A stretch of 64,000 bases of DNA from Eledone cirrhosa (Eukaryota), in contig OZ024741.1 in assembly GCA_964016885.1 (NCBI GenBank), positions 226,300,001 to 226,364,000 of the forward strand. The letters are read 5' to 3'. A program made the translations under genes and the position numbers. The notes below the pieces were generated by a model. The model was not told the origin of the DNA. It did not search any database and worked only from the letters and a program-made list of their open reading frames with translations. Below, piece after piece: positions 15,002 through 29,068 of the stretch. Each line of letters opens with the position of its first letter. Within the stretch, counting starts at the first letter, position 1.

Positions 15002-15271
15002 AAAGTTAAACAAGGTTCAATGAATACATCAAAGAATTCGTTTTACAATAGATTGGAAGCACTCAACAAAGAAGGTTTTCCAGAGTTATTAATATTAATT
15101 CAAAATATTAACAAAATAGGTATTCTTGTGATCAATTATATTCTAGTTTTAATCCTGATAAAAATAATGGCATATATAAACGAAATTCTAAAAATTCTAA
15201 TAATTATAATTCAAACACCTGTACTGTGAATAAATCGGAGAAGAGAACCAGAACTAAATCAGTTATATGGT

Positions 15272-15967
15272 TTGCGCCCCCCCCCCCCTGCCTCTGTAGC
15301 AGTAAGAACACCAATAGCTAATCTATTTTTTAAAGCTTTAGATAGTTCCTTCCCTAATCAACATAAATACCACTCCATATTTAATGGACACACATTTAAA
15401 CTGTCTTATTCTACAACTATGAATATGGCCCAAAACATCGCTAAACTAAATAGTATAATTCTAAACCAAAATCAACATAATGCTATTAATATTAGTGTTA
15501 ATATAAATAATAATAAATCGAAATGTAATTGTAGAAATAAACCAGATTGCCCTCTGCAAAATAATTGTCTGGATAGAAATCTGGTGTATAAATGCACAGT
15601 AAAAATAAATAACAACACATACAACTACATAGAAGCAACTTCTTCGACATTTAAATCGAGATTTGCGAATCACAAATGCTCAATTTCGAATTTTAATAGG
15701 AAGTCTTCGACTTCTTTATCGCAACTTATATGGTCATTAAAAGACAAAAATTTAAAATACTCGATCTTTTGGACGAAGCTTTGTAATAGTAAAATATATA
15801 CGAACTCATCTATATCAACTAGCTGCAACCTCTGCACAAAGGAGACCCTATTAATAATCACTAATTATGAAAACTTAATTAACAAAAAAAGTGAATTATT
15901 CTCAAACTGCCTTCATAAAGCTTTGTCTACATTCCAAGCCTCGCAAAAAATCAGGAAAAAACACTAA
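15272..15967 (+). pseudogene. PLE linker and GIY-YIG endonuclease domain (truncated; YIG changed to YIE)
   Basis: HKYHSIFN..KLSYS..CNCRNKPDCPL..LVYKC..YIEAT..FKSRFANHK..LSQLIWSLK..CNLCTKE..INKKSELFSNCLH; the RT is absent upstream. Confidence 0.8.
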
Positions 15968-17916
15968 ACCATCAGGCCTTAATTTTTGACGTCTCTTATC
16001 AACTGTTGGGCCTAAAAAGTCATAACAGTTTATAAAACTTTAATAATGCTTTATCTTCTAACCATTTATGATAGAATTAATGTTAGAATGAATGATACTC
16101 TTTTGATAACTTGTTTACTTGATAAATATGCATACCTTGTTTTTTGGGGATATTTATAATTTTGATTCAGATCTTTATTTATCTGTCTCTGTTTTAAATA
16201 TATAATTTGGATATTTAACTTGTAAATTTACTGATTATAATTGAACTGTGGATCATTCATGCGTTTGCATATTTTACATATTTTACTCATTTTGAGTATG
16301 TTTTGGGGGTCTCAGAAAGTTAGATTTGCATTTTTATATATATCTAGGTATAAATATATCAAACCATAATAGTCGACAAATATTGGTTTCTCTCTACACT
16401 GAACTGGAGGTAAAACTACAATTATAGCATTACTAATAATGATTATAATTATTTATTTATTAAATGTATACCGTTTCATTAATACCTATAATAATATCTC
16501 TATATAGTTGTACAAATATTTTTATCTAGTGTAATAACATACTCGTAGTTACATTTATAAAATATTTTAGACACTCAAATGACTCTATATTGTTATAAGT
16601 GTTTGATATTCCCTGGGATTTCGAATTTATATAATGAGTTTTACTTACTATAATATAATTTAATTTAACTTATTTTATTTTAAATAAATTTAGATTACCT
16701 TCTGCTTTTTCAAATACTTAGCTCCTCTATCTATCACATTCGCTAAAATATTTTAGATGTATCTTTTGTCTACTATATTAAAACCCTATTACATTTATAA
16801 TATATTTTTAATATTGGGCATATTTAAGTTTCCCAAAAAATTCATTATCATTTATTTGTATATTTACTTTGTATCTAGCCCCTATCATTAGGACTCTTGT
16901 AGTTTTGACTACTTATATGTGTATAGTGTATATCAACTAAATGAAAATAATTCATATAAAACATTAATTTTTTAACAATATGTTTTAACAATATTTTTTA
17001 ACAATATTTTTTAACAATATTTTTAACTATATATATTTTGTGAACAATATTTTCAGTAACTTATTTACTATATTATATTATTGTATTATATTATATATAT
17101 TTGAAAGCTTTCACCTTAATTATAAACAAATAATAAACTATAATCCTTGTATATTTTTTTATCAACACATATATAATTAAAAATTCAGACCTCTTTAAGT
17201 TTAGTTATAAGGCCGGTTGATCCGTAAGGCACTCAAAATATTTAACAATAAATTCTTTAATAATTATAACTAGAATTGTTTTATGAATTGTATTATATAA
17301 ACTGTTGTCAATATTATAAATAATTTTGGTAAAGATTACCTTCGTGAGGGTATAAAAGCATTATATATTTTCTTTCTCGTGTTTCGTAAATCCTTTAAAT
17401 TTGTTTTCATAAAATTTGAATTTTAAAAATTAAACATAATTACAATATTAATACAAATACCTATTAACTTTTAAAACCTAAAATATTATTCATTACTCTG
17501 AAATAACTTAGATTAAATATTTTGAATATTAACGGTCAACTATATTAATTTGGGTATATGGAAAATTGTATATAAACTTGAACATAAATTACTCCCCTTT
17601 GTCTCTCTCTCTTTAATCATCTTTCATTTGTTTTTTCGAGCCACCTATTAAATATATTATCACATCAGCTGTTTCTTCCTCTATGCTTTCCTTTCCCTCC
17701 TCTTTCTTCAGTAGTTTTTTAAAAAAATTGTTTTTAACTGTTATATTGATGCCATGTATTTTTTAAGCTGTATTACACGCACCCTCTCTATTGTTTGTAT
17801 TATGTTATCTCATGTTTTCAATACTAGGGTATAAATATTGAGTTTTGTCATATGTTAATCACTACCATGACGGAATTTTAACCATCTACTATGTCAGGGT
17901 ATGTCATGCATCATCC

Positions 17917-17983
17917 TATTTCATCTGATGAGGACGTACTGTTAAACTTAACTCAGTACCTCTGAAATATGTATAATAAAATA
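17917..17983 (+). ncRNA. Type I hammerhead motif in PLE family A pLTR
   Basis: TATTTCAT-CTGATGA-gg..GTACTG..CAGTAC..-GAAA-TATGTA-TA-ATAAAATA. Confidence 0.7.
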
Positions 17984-18023
17984 TAATTGATCACAAGAAT
18001 ACCTATTTTGTTAAGATTTTGAA

Positions 18024-18118
<95 letters not shown>

Positions 18119-18125
18119 ATATATA

Positions 18126-18254
<129 letters not shown>

Positions 18255-18439
18255 TGGGGCGTACGCATGTGTATTTTGTCTAACAACGAGGGGGGCTGAT
18301 CATATTATCGTTACTCAACTTTACTTTCTTTCGTTTGACGCCTCGCCTGCAATGAGTATCTGATTAAATGAATTTTTTTTTTCGTCCTACTTTACCTTTG
18401 AATTTGACATTTACTAACGTTATGCAGTAATTTTCTCTC

Positions 18440-18685
18440 TAATTCCTTATGAGGCATGTGAGTGAAATTGGGTGTGAGATGAAAACTGTATGGAAGCCCG
18501 TCGGATCGACTGCACCAAAAATTCAAATGACCAGTCATGTCGTATATGGCGTTATCCAATATCTATCTGAGAATTGACTTTAGAGTACACGTGTCTGTGA
18601 AATACCCAGCTACTAATTTAACGAATAGGCCGTGCCTTTGATTGAACAACTGGAACACTCATCGTCGAAAATGACGAAGGTCCAT
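18440..18685 (+). mobile_element. Degenerate SINE fragments (family 2-like 3' part)
   Basis: Similar to 29720-29885 (GACCAG..TCAACTGGAACACTC). Confidence 0.5.
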
Positions 18686-19547
18686 TTATTTTATTTACTT
18701 TTACATAAGCATACACACACACGCATATACATTATTACACTATGTTATTTACCATGCAGTATATTAACAGAATAAACTATTTGCCAATTTTTCTTACTCA
18801 AACATAAGACACCACGAAGACAAGAAATACACGCTGTTGATGAATCTAGTGGAAACACAACAAATATTATATCTATTTCAATAAAAATAAAATATTATAG
18901 AGACATGTTTTATCAGCTGCAACATAAAACATTTGGTTTGTTATCTGATATCAATGATTTCTTGTCAGGTACATCTTCAAACACTGGAGGTTCTTTTATA
19001 TCGATATTATAAAGAAAGTTACGCCATAAGGGTGAAAGTCTTAAGGCAAGTGTCATGCTTATTAGTAGGCTATGGTAAATTTAATCGTGAATAATGTTTA
19101 CCCTGGAAGTATAGGAAAATAACATACATACAGGCATACTGACATACCTACATACATTTGTATCGTTTAATGAGAAGGAAGGGTTGGTGACCATCATCTC
19201 AGCACGTCTTGTACTATACGTGAAATTGATACGGTTGATGTTTAGTTTTGAATATTTGAAAGTCGACATCAGCAGCAGAGAAAATAGGTGATAAGAGGGT
19301 AGGGATGGGGTTGAAGAGTAGGGACATTTTAGAGAGTAAGCTACATACATACATACATACATGCATACATGCATACATGCATGCATACATACATACATAC
19401 ATACATACATACATACATACATACATGCATGCATACATACATACATACATACATACATACATACATACATGCATGCATGCATGCATGCATACATACATAC
19501 ATACATACATACATACATACATACATACATACATACATACATACATA

Positions 19548-19763
19548 CATAGATGCATACATACATGCAAGCATACATACATATATACTCACACGCGGAC
19601 GCATGCATCTACATATCTATGCATGTATAGTTGCACTTGACTACACAACGACAGATTTGCATATGTGTAGCCAAGTGCATCTATACATGCATAGATATGT
19701 AGATGCATGCGTCCGCGTGTGAGTGTGTATGTATGCATGCTTGCATGTATGTATGCATCTATG
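19548..19763. repeat. Inverted repeat, about 100-bp arms
   Basis: 19548-19647 is the near-perfect reverse complement of 19664-19763. Confidence 0.85.
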
Positions 19764-19765
19764 CA

Positions 19766-19818
19766 TGAAAAGGGTTTAAAAATAAACCAGACAAATAGGG
19801 AGCAAGAGATATTCAATT

Positions 19819-19913
<95 letters not shown>

Positions 19914-19963
19914 TGAATATCTCTTGCTCCCTATTTGTCTGGTTTATTTTTAAACCCTTTTCA
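19766..19963. repeat. Perfect inverted repeat (about 54-bp arms) around a (TA)n spacer
   Basis: TGAAAAGGGTTT..ATTCAATTT (TA)n AAATTGAAT..AAACCCTTTTCA. Confidence 0.9.
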
Positions 19964-21042
19964 ATGCCTGGTGGAAAATTGCCAAACTGCTGCGTACTAT
20001 TCTCTTGGCAAAATAAGGAAACATCTCAGGGCTGACATTATTTCTTCTCATATTGCACTGAACCTAAAGAAATTGTAGAGAATACTTCGCCTGAGAAGTG
20101 GTTCACATCAGAACGTGTCGAATTCTACTGCATAACATATCAACAAGTAAAAAAGGTGCAACCCTACTTACAAACCAGAAACAACTAACCTAATAATTCT
20201 TTCTAGCATTGGTACAAGGCCAGCAATTTTGAGGAAGAGGAATGTCAATTACCACGACTCTCGTACTTAATTAATAGTTTATTTTATCGACTAAGGAAGG
20301 CTGAAAAGCAGATTTGACCACGATGGGATTTGAACACGAAAGAGAGAAAATAGTAACTAAATACTGATGGTCTAACGATTCTGATAAATTCTTTTAATGA
20401 TTTATACTTTGTGAACGTGGCCAGTGATTTGAGGGGAAGGGAAACATGAATTGAATCTACCCTAGTATTTTAGTAGTATTTTATTTTATCGACACCTGAA
20501 TGATGAAAAGTAATTCAGCTGGATTTGAACTGAGAACGTAAATAGGCAGAATAAATACTGCTAAGAATTTGCCTGACGCTATATCGGCTCAGCCAATCCA
20601 TTGCCTTCAACCATCTTAACAAAAACTAAGAGACCCCCAGACACAATACATCAAAACTACACACAACCGAAATAAAATTCATCATCAAAGAATAAACAAA
20701 TATAGTTTACAAAGAAAGTGAATAAACCATAGACTATACTGTTTCACTGTTAGTTTAGTGATTTATAAGGCAAATTCGACTTTGCCTTTCATCTATTTTA
20801 AGTCGATAATAAAAATGTCAGTTCAAATAGGGGTTGAGTTTGACACTATTTCTTTTCTGTTTTCTTTCTCTGGAAAATATCGGCAGTATTACGATGGCCT
20901 CCGTCAGGTATAAAATTCCTAAGACACGCCATATGTATAAACAGTACCTCTTTACTTTACATTAGAGATTTATATTGCCCGATTCCGCTGTAGCCAGCAA
21001 CAAAATGTACGGGTGTTCAAAAACAAATTTGACGGTCTAGAG

Positions 21043-21331
21043 CAGGCATGGAACCCTTTTTCGACAAGCGCGCCGCATGAGATAAGGCTCATCATCAAGC
21101 CGGTCGCAAGCGCTAATTTACATCCATGCTCACATTAAAAAAAGGGCGGTAACTCAGGTTGTTTTTATTTGTTCTTCAGAATTCGTACACGTTGTTTTCC
21201 TCGATCGTAAAAATTATAGAAAGAGAAATTACGACTGAAAAGTTGGGGTAAAAAAAATCAGAAAGATTTCAATTAGGTGACTTAGGTGAGCCATTCAGAA
21301 AGCTTCGCGGACCGCAGGTTGCCCATGACTG
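21043..21331. mobile_element. hAT-type MITE 1
   Basis: Ends CAGGCATGG / CCATGACTG; GTCTAGAG on both sides (21035-21042, 21332-21339). Confidence 0.7.
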
Positions 21332-21994
21332 GTCTAGAGCAAAGGTTCTCAACGGGCGGCATATACCCCCCTGGGGGGGGGGGGGGGATCCAGTGGGGCG
21401 TTAGGGGGCGTTTGAAGCTTGGGGGGCGCTAGGGGTGCACTGGAACGCTATTTACTTAGGTAAGTTTTATAAGCCATATTTGTACGTCTCTTAGACAGCC
21501 ACTGTGAATACATTTGAATGAAGAAAACGAAGAAAATAAATAAAAGAAGCTTGTCAACGAATTCCCGAGATAAAAGAAAAACGAAAGAAATCAAAGAAAA
21601 TGAAAATAAGGACAACGTCAACTTTTACAACAGTTACAAGAACAACAGAAAAGAGAGAGAAGCAATGGTGATGAAAGGTGTGGGTGTATACATATACATA
21701 CATACAATCATACACACACATGCATACGTACATACATACATACACATATATACACACACATGTTGGCGTTGGTGTTTGATGAAGTTGAGAACCTGGTCAT
21801 ATATATATATAAGCAGAAGGGATATTCAATTTGTTGGTAATTCAACATAGCATTTAAAATGTTTTTTCAAACATATACCTCAACCTCATTTACATCTAAA
21901 CAATTTTGTAAAATCTGTCTTTAAGTCGACTATCCAAGGAAAACTTCAACCGATAAGGTCCTTGGCTATGTCAAAATTTATAAAACACACTTTG

Positions 21995-22056
21995 TATTTT
22001 ATCTGATGAAAGCGTACCAAAGTTTTTGGTACCCTTGAAATATAGAATTAATATGG
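21995..22056 (+). ncRNA. Degenerate hammerhead-like motif related to family A
   Basis: TATTTTAT-CTGATGA-aagcGTACCAAAgttTTTGGTACcctt-GAAA; the 3' side is decayed. Confidence 0.4.
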
Positions 22057-22110
22057 TTTTATAAATATAGTTTCCATTTATTTAATATCATCGTATATAT
22101 ATATATATAT

Positions 22111-22320
22111 ATAACAAAGGAATTGTGGTAAGGAACCAGATGGACCATAACGCACCAGAGTACTCAATACTTAGGGTAGTAGAGTGGGAAATAGGAAAAA
22201 GTATGACCCCGACGGCAGAGCTCAAGCCGTTTCGACCGCTATTTTTGGACACTATTTCACTCCAGAAATATCCGTCGAAACGGCTTGAGTTCTGCCGTCG
22301 GGGTCATACTTTTTCCTATA
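22111..22320. mobile_element. Fold-back pLTR-like element, family B
   Basis: Palindrome centred near 22255 plus left tail, (TA)n flanks; near-identical to 34597-34791 in the opposite orientation. Confidence 0.75.
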
Positions 22321-23026
22321 TATATATATGGCGTTGTTATTTGACGTTGTTGAAAAGAGCAGTGGCCTTTCACCCGGCAATAAAAACTGGAAACAAAATT
22401 CTTTCTGTACCAAAAACAAGGCATAAACAAGTTTGTTTGTGTGTGTGTGGTGTTAGTGCACGCGCGTGCGTGTATGTGCATGTGTGTGTGTGTATCTATC
22501 TATGTAAGGGATACAGATATTGTTTGTTCACTGTCACTATGCATCTCAATTCATTCGTTGCAACTAAGTTTGTGATCGAGGCACTTTATTTTGCAAAGTA
22601 CTATTTTTCCCTTCAGCTTGTGATTCATTTATACATATTTTGCATCTTTTGTATTTTGACTTTACAGTTTGAATTGTAGAATTGTCTATCCACTCAAAAT
22701 ATTACAACAGCTAACAGTGAAATCTAGAATTTAAAAAAAAAAAGCTTTTTCGACTGAGATCAAATCTTTGAGAACATTCACGTCTTTTTTCAAAAATATA
22801 TAATTTGAAATACCTGCTTTTGTTTTGGACTGAAACTTTTTTGTATTTAATTCGTACAAGTATTTTTTAAAGATCTTTTTAAAGATTCTAACATAACTTG
22901 ATTGGGCCCAGTAATCTACTGATATCAAAATCAGTAGTATATTGAAAAATGGAAAAATGGGGTAGTGGGTTTCTTAATTTTGGGGGGCAAAATGGCCTAA
23001 ATGGGTTGAGAACCTTTGGTCTAGAG

Positions 23027-23170
23027 CATGAATGGGCAACGTTTTCCATGAGATATGATTCATCATGCGGCGGCCCGTACTATTAAAAGATTTCAAAGTA
23101 ATTTTCAAATTAGGCGTTCCATTCAGAAAGCAAAACGAGCCTCATGCGGGCCGCATGTCGCACTCTATCC
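23027..23170. mobile_element. Degenerate hAT-type MITE 3
   Basis: Starts CATGAATGGGCAAC directly after GTCTAGAG; has GCGGGCCGCATG subterminal motif like MITE 1; right end is unclear. Confidence 0.5.
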
Positions 23171-25109
23171 ATTATTGGTGAAAGAATGCAACGCGTCTAG
23201 ACTGTCATAGTTATAATTCATCACACAGTGTGTATAGTGTGGTCTACAGCCTGAAGGAGACGTGGTATAACTGATTATGTTGGGTTACCTGTATAATATG
23301 GTTTACAACTTGGACGAGACGTGGTATAACTGATGATGGTGGGTCTATGTTTCGCCCTTCGCTGGTCAGCTAATTACCTCAATCAGAATTGACCTGAAGC
23401 TACATCAACAACAACAAAAAACAGCAACAAAGCAAGGAGCTCGGCTGTGGTAGAGGGTATTTCTACTTTTCAATGATGCACTCCGCCCTCAGATTTAGAA
23501 AACGTTACGTCGATAGGTTTATTTCAATACCCCGCATTAGAATTATTGCGAATTAGAGTGCCTATCCAGAACGTTCCAAAGCCACCTATTCCCTCTTAAC
23601 CGAGCACCGAAACCTGGGGATGGATCTTTGTGGGGAGCCTTTGTGTCGGTGCTCTGGTCTGCTAGAAATAGCAGTTAAATCTACCCTAAATTGCAACCAG
23701 CCATCTTTAAAAGAGAAGGATACATTATCCTGTTTGAAATTAAAACGGATGATCATCAAGATATGCTTTTGATCACAAGTTTACTCAATCCGGTTTAACC
23801 TAAGGTTAAACAACAACAACAACAACATGTAATGTGTTAGTTAAAAATATACTTCTACCAAATGATGAAACGACTGCTGCGGTGTTTTAAATATCTCTGT
23901 TGAATGTGCAGACAACCGTTAAGTTTTAATTTTGTTTTAGGCATCACATCGAAAAGGCTGTGCTATTTCTGACAGGATAAACCGACGATCGTAATAGCGT
24001 GTTTACATGTTTCTGACGTACTAATGTGTTGAACTGTTTCAACCAAATAATCAAACGATCATTTATGGCGCTCTTAAATAGCTCTAAATCGCATACAGAC
24101 GACTATTATGATGTAATTAAATGTTTGAGCAGACGACTGTTACGGACTGTTTAAATGTAGTCTAGTAACTACATGAGGTACATTTGTTATTGTTGTTATT
24201 TCTGTATTGTTATATAGCCCCAGGTCAATACTAATCCAGATGACAAATCAAAAATGTTCAATGATCATTCCGTAGTTTTGTTGTTTTTCATACAAAATAT
24301 ATCAAGGACATTTTTAAGATAATGGGCAAATATTTGAGAAAGATTTAGTTATTATTTCTAGCACTTCAAACATCCGCATAGCGGCCCTTTTATTAACTCG
24401 ATACTGAGACAATTGTTAACGGAACACAGTTATCCAAAGAATTGATAGAAAATTATTCTTCATTTATGTTAGGGAGTGCAGAAGCGCTTCACACGCATGC
24501 GTGAGGTTTAAGAATTCGCTTCGCAACCAGATAGTTTCAGATTCATTCCTACTGCGCAGCATCTTGGACAAGTTTCTTTTATTGTAGCCTCGGATGGACC
24601 AACGGATTTAAGTGAAATTTTGTAGAGGAAAATTATGTTACAAGTTAAATTACTAGTATTGCTATTACATTGTTCAGCTAAGTGGTAATGTTATATATCG
24701 AAAGTAGAGTATAGATATTCATTACGTGGAAGCCCAACGGTCAAGCTTATACTGTTTCAACGCTCCGGAATATTGAATCGGCTTAAGAGTGAATATCGGG
24801 CTTACGTGTAATGAATTATATATATATATTTATGTGTGTGTATGTGTCTGTGTCTGTGTGTATAATGTGTGTATATATGTAATTGTATGTAGGCATTATG
24901 ATTGTACATATGTATATATGTGTGAGTATATATATATCAAAATTGAGAAATCAAAGTGTAAATTCATCGTATTTTATTCGTATTTGCATAAATGAGCAAC
25001 TCTCAGGCCATGCAGTTCTGTAACACGCAGGTCGATATATCTATCTAAGGCGGGTAAAATTCCCAAGATCCATGGACGAGTTCTCTCCAGCGGTCTCTGT
25101 CCCTCATTA

Positions 25110-25218
25110 TCACTGCCATGGATACACTAGAAGAGGAAGACCAAGGTTAACGTATGTTGATGCCCTAAGGACAGACACTGGTCTGTTGGAGACGCAGGAC
25201 ATGGCAGCGATAATGAGG

Positions 25219-25220
<2 letters not shown>
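25110..25220 (+). mobile_element. Short LINE 3' fragment (RTE-like)
   Basis: HGYTRRGRPRLTYVDALRTDTGL resembles the LINE RT C-terminal RGRP motif. Confidence 0.5.
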
Positions 25221-25282
<62 letters not shown>

Positions 25283-25288
<6 letters not shown>

Positions 25289-25475
25289 GAGGAATTCCAA
25301 CTTTGTCTGATTTACTCGTTTTATTTACAATCCTTTAAAATTTATAATGGTATTATAATGAAATAGTATGATAGAATATTAAATTCTAAGTGTTAATTGA
25401 ACAAGTACTTTCATGCTTTCGCAATCTTCAGGTTCATGATATGTGGTGACAGTCAAGTTTGCAATTTTCAACACG
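25283..25475 (-). mobile_element. pLTR-like element, family D, with hammerhead at 25398-25436
   Basis: Same sequence as the arms of 35075-35452; reverse complement reads TGAAC-CTGAAGA-tTGCgaaaGCAt-GAAA-GTAC-TT-GTTCA. Confidence 0.75.
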
Positions 25476-25479
25476 CCTT

Positions 25480-25521
<42 letters not shown>

Positions 25522-25525
<4 letters not shown>

Positions 25526-25675
25526 GGCGCATGGCTTAGTGGGGCTTAGTGGTTAAAGCATTGGGCTTGCAATCGAAAGTTGTGAGTTCAATTCTCGGAC
25601 CGGAAGATGTGTTGTTTCCTTGAGCAAGACACTTTATTTCACGTTGCTCCAGTTTACTCAGCTGTAGAAATGCGT
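25522..25675 (+). mobile_element. tRNA-derived SINE, family 2 (5' part)
   Basis: TGGCTTAGTGG A box, GAGTTCAATTC B box, CCTTGAGCAAGACACTTTATTTCAC core. Confidence 0.75.
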
Positions 25676-26011
25676 ACCGGCCTGCCGACCCAGCCAGCGG
25701 TATGGTGTTATCTTATGGTCATGTGACCAGCGGCGCCAATTGGCGCCCGATAGACTGGTCGGTCAAGGTGATCAAGGTCATATATATATATGCATATATA
25801 ATATATATATCCATTCGTTTGCTGATAAATTGTATGATCAGCGCCAATCCGCATATTTCGGTGATATATATAAATATGTTTGTGGGTACATGAATATATA
25901 TATTACAGCATAGTTACGTCCCTTTACGGTCTGAGTTCAAATCCCGCCGAGGTTAACTTATATAATATATATATATTCATGTACCCACAAACATATTTAT
26001 ATATATTACTG

Positions 26012-26083
<72 letters not shown>

Positions 26084-26110
26084 CGTTTCTGAATTTGTTA
26101 TATATATATA

Positions 26111-26165
<55 letters not shown>

Positions 26166-26350
26166 GAAAAGAGTGAGGACCCCAATGGCTGAGCTCCGGC
26201 CGTTTCGACAGCTAGCTCCGAACTGTTCGGATCCAGCTGTCGAAACGGCCGGAACTCAACTATTGGGGTCCTGACTCTTTTCCTATTAACCTACTATTCT
26301 AAGTATAGAGTATTCTGGTGCGTTATGCATAGGTATCTTACTACACCTGC
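26166..26350. mobile_element. Fold-back pLTR-like element, family B
   Basis: Palindrome centred near 26224, tail on the right; same subfamily as 14548-14746. Confidence 0.7.
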
Positions 26351-26354
26351 TCTG

Positions 26355-26399
<45 letters not shown>

Positions 26400-27227
26400 G
26401 AGAGAGAGAGAGAGATTTATGAATATAGATATAGATATATATAGATATATATAGATATATACAGAGAGATTGAGAGAGAGGTTTGAGGGGGTAAATGAGA
26501 GACAGGAGAAGAAAGGGGGAGAGAAATGCATACATACATTAGATAAACTACGCAAACTTTCTGTAAATACTTGTTCTGCTTCTCAGTATACACACTTGAC
26601 AGTAATACCATCATAAATTCTTTAAAGAATCCTCTACCATGATTCATTTACCTCCATTATGTACCCACCGCCCATGCAACGTTAGTTACCACAGCTGCCA
26701 GCTTTTAGTACAATGTAGAGGATAATTAATAATTATTTCTCTAGATCGTCTTGGATTTTATTATCAACCATTTCTTTTCAGTGTTCAGTGTAAATTCATT
26801 ATTTCATGCTTGGAGATACCTAAGCATATGTTAACATTAAATGATCCATTTCGTTAGCACAACACATAAACATACTAATACTACGGCTGTTCTCGAATTA
26901 ATTCAGACATAGCCGTATGGTAAATAGCAAATTCAATCATGCTGCCATTTCTACAGACAATTAATCCGCCATACTCCAAGATTTTGGAAATTGCATCCCA
27001 TTTGAAGAATTTCTAACATAAACTCCTTTGAACTAATGTTCATGAACCCGTGCCGCACTAGAATATACAGATGATAAATACTTGTAGATTTTAATGTTAT
27101 TATTATTTGTGTGTGTGTGTGTGTTTAACCGTTTAAGAACAGAGCCACCCGAAATAGGCTCTATTCAGGTGTGCAAATTCAAATTTAAACCTTGGACTGA
27201 AATCTTATTATTACAGGGGTCATTGAG

Positions 27228-27825
27228 CGCGGTGGATTGGCAGTATTGGTAGAGCGCCGGACATGCTTTGCAGCATAGAATTACAGCCCTTCACGTTCTG
27301 AGTTCAAATCCCACTGGGGTTAGCTTTGCCTTTCATCCTTACAGGATCGATAAAATAAAGTACCAGTAATGAACTGGGGTCGGTTTAATCGACTTCCCCC
27401 TCCCCTTCAGATCACTGGCCTTGTGCCTATATAAGAAACCGGTGGATTGGCAGTATCGGTAGAGGGTCGGACGCCATGCTTTCCAGCATAGTGACGTCTC
27501 TTTACGATCTGAGTTCAAATCCCGCCGAGGTTGACTTTGCCTTTCATCCTTACGGGGTCGACAAAATAAAGTACCAGTAATGCACTGGGTAATTGCTGGC
27601 CTTGTGCCAAAAGTAGAAACAATTATTTATAGGTGGATTGGCAATATCGGTAGAGAGTCGGGCACCATGCTTTCCAGGTTAGAGTTTCGTCCCTTTATGA
27701 TCTGAGTTCATATCCCGCCGAGGTTAACTTTGCCTTTCATCCTTACGGGGTCGATAAAATAAAGTACCAGTAATGCACTGGGATAATTGCTGGTCTTGTG
27801 CCAAAAGTAGAAACAATTATTTATA
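27228..27825 (+). mobile_element. Three head-to-tail SINE family 1 copies
   Basis: GGTGGATTGGCA heads at about 27231, 27441 and 27632, each followed by the core and 3' end. Confidence 0.85.
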
Positions 27826-28196
27826 ACAATACACAAATTGCTCAATATCAATCTTTCGACCCTAACTAATCATTCCTTCTGCGAGGATAAGTAGCCAAAT
27901 CAGCTTCAAATCACACGCTATCGTCTTAAAACAAGTAAGGACATATTGTGTAAGGCGGTCTCTAAATATCTGCCAATGTGATGTTCAAGGTTGTGTCTTT
28001 CACCGGAGGTATGTATGTCTGCTCGACAGTGAGTGACCTGGGTCTAAATAAAGACAACAACAGTATGCACCCTGTTAAGAAATATACAACATATTATAAT
28101 ATTATACACCCCTTATATCAACACATCACGTATGTGTGTTTATGTATATATACTTGATGTGTGTGTATGTGTGTACATATATATGTGGTATGTGCA

Positions 28197-28227
<31 letters not shown>

Positions 28228-28254
28228 TTACATAAAGAGAGAGATGGGGACTAA

Positions 28255-28304
28255 ATAGATAGATAGATGGGTAGATAGATGGATAGATAGAGAGATAGAG
28301 AGAG

Positions 28305-28377
<73 letters not shown>

Positions 28378-28378
28378 T
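28255..28378. repeat. (GATA)n microsatellite
   Basis: Read directly. Confidence 0.95.
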
Positions 28379-28785
28379 CTCAGTCTAATTCTCTATCACA
28401 ATAAGAACTCTGTTTCTCAATATATGTACATACAGGTCCTGAATATTTTATCGCACTGTAAATCATTTCTACAGCTCATTCTGTTTTCATTTCTCAAAAT
28501 CATTACACCCAACCACTCAGCATTACCAGCCACCTCATTCTCTGCACCCCACCCGACATACAATATACTAAGATACATTCAAGAAGTTATATACACATAT
28601 GCATACATACATACATACATACATACATACATACATACATACATACATACATACATACATACATACATACATACATACATGCTAATATTCATGCATGCTT
28701 ACATATATTATGCTCACATACGTACATACATAGATACATACATGCTTACTTACATACATACATGCTTACGTACATACATACATAC

Positions 28786-29068
28786 ATGGCGGCTGCCAAC
28801 TCGTTTTCGAGTACGGCCACTACTTTATATCCATGTAGGAGAACCCCTACCGATGCGCTGAACGAATGTGACTTCTTAGTCCAGCCAGCGACTTGAAAAC
28901 TCTGGTACAAACACTACACTTGTGACAATTATTGACACAGTGCTGGGCCCATGGTACCATGTGACGACAAGTGCAGAGAGATCTCCAGACATAAAGCAAT
29001 GCCTGTGCCGTGAAGCTTTTATAGTGAGCAAAGGCACTGCACAAAGCCAGTCCCACTCTCTTAACCAA
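28786..29068 (-). mobile_element. Short element ending in an RTE/BovB-like 3' end
   Basis: Encodes HKCSVCTRVFKSLAGLRSHIRSAH* (C2H2-like terminus seen in RTE LINEs), short UTR, then (TGTA)n; second copy at 43210-43494. Confidence 0.65.

Larger units (their letters stand above)
14998..18028 (+). mobile_element. 5'-truncated Penelope-like element (family A, Hydra-group-like) with inverted pLTR at 14998-15142
   Basis: GIY-YIG ORF, long AT-rich 3' UTR, HHR near the 3' end, inverted 3'-end copy at the 5' junction, (TA)n on both sides. Confidence 0.85.
21340..23018. mobile_element. hAT-type non-autonomous element 2 with nested insertions
   Basis: Perfect 14-bp TIRs CAAAGGTTCTCAAC / GTTGAGAACCTTTG; 8-bp TSD GTCTAGAG (21332-21339, 23019-23026). 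Confidence 0.8.
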
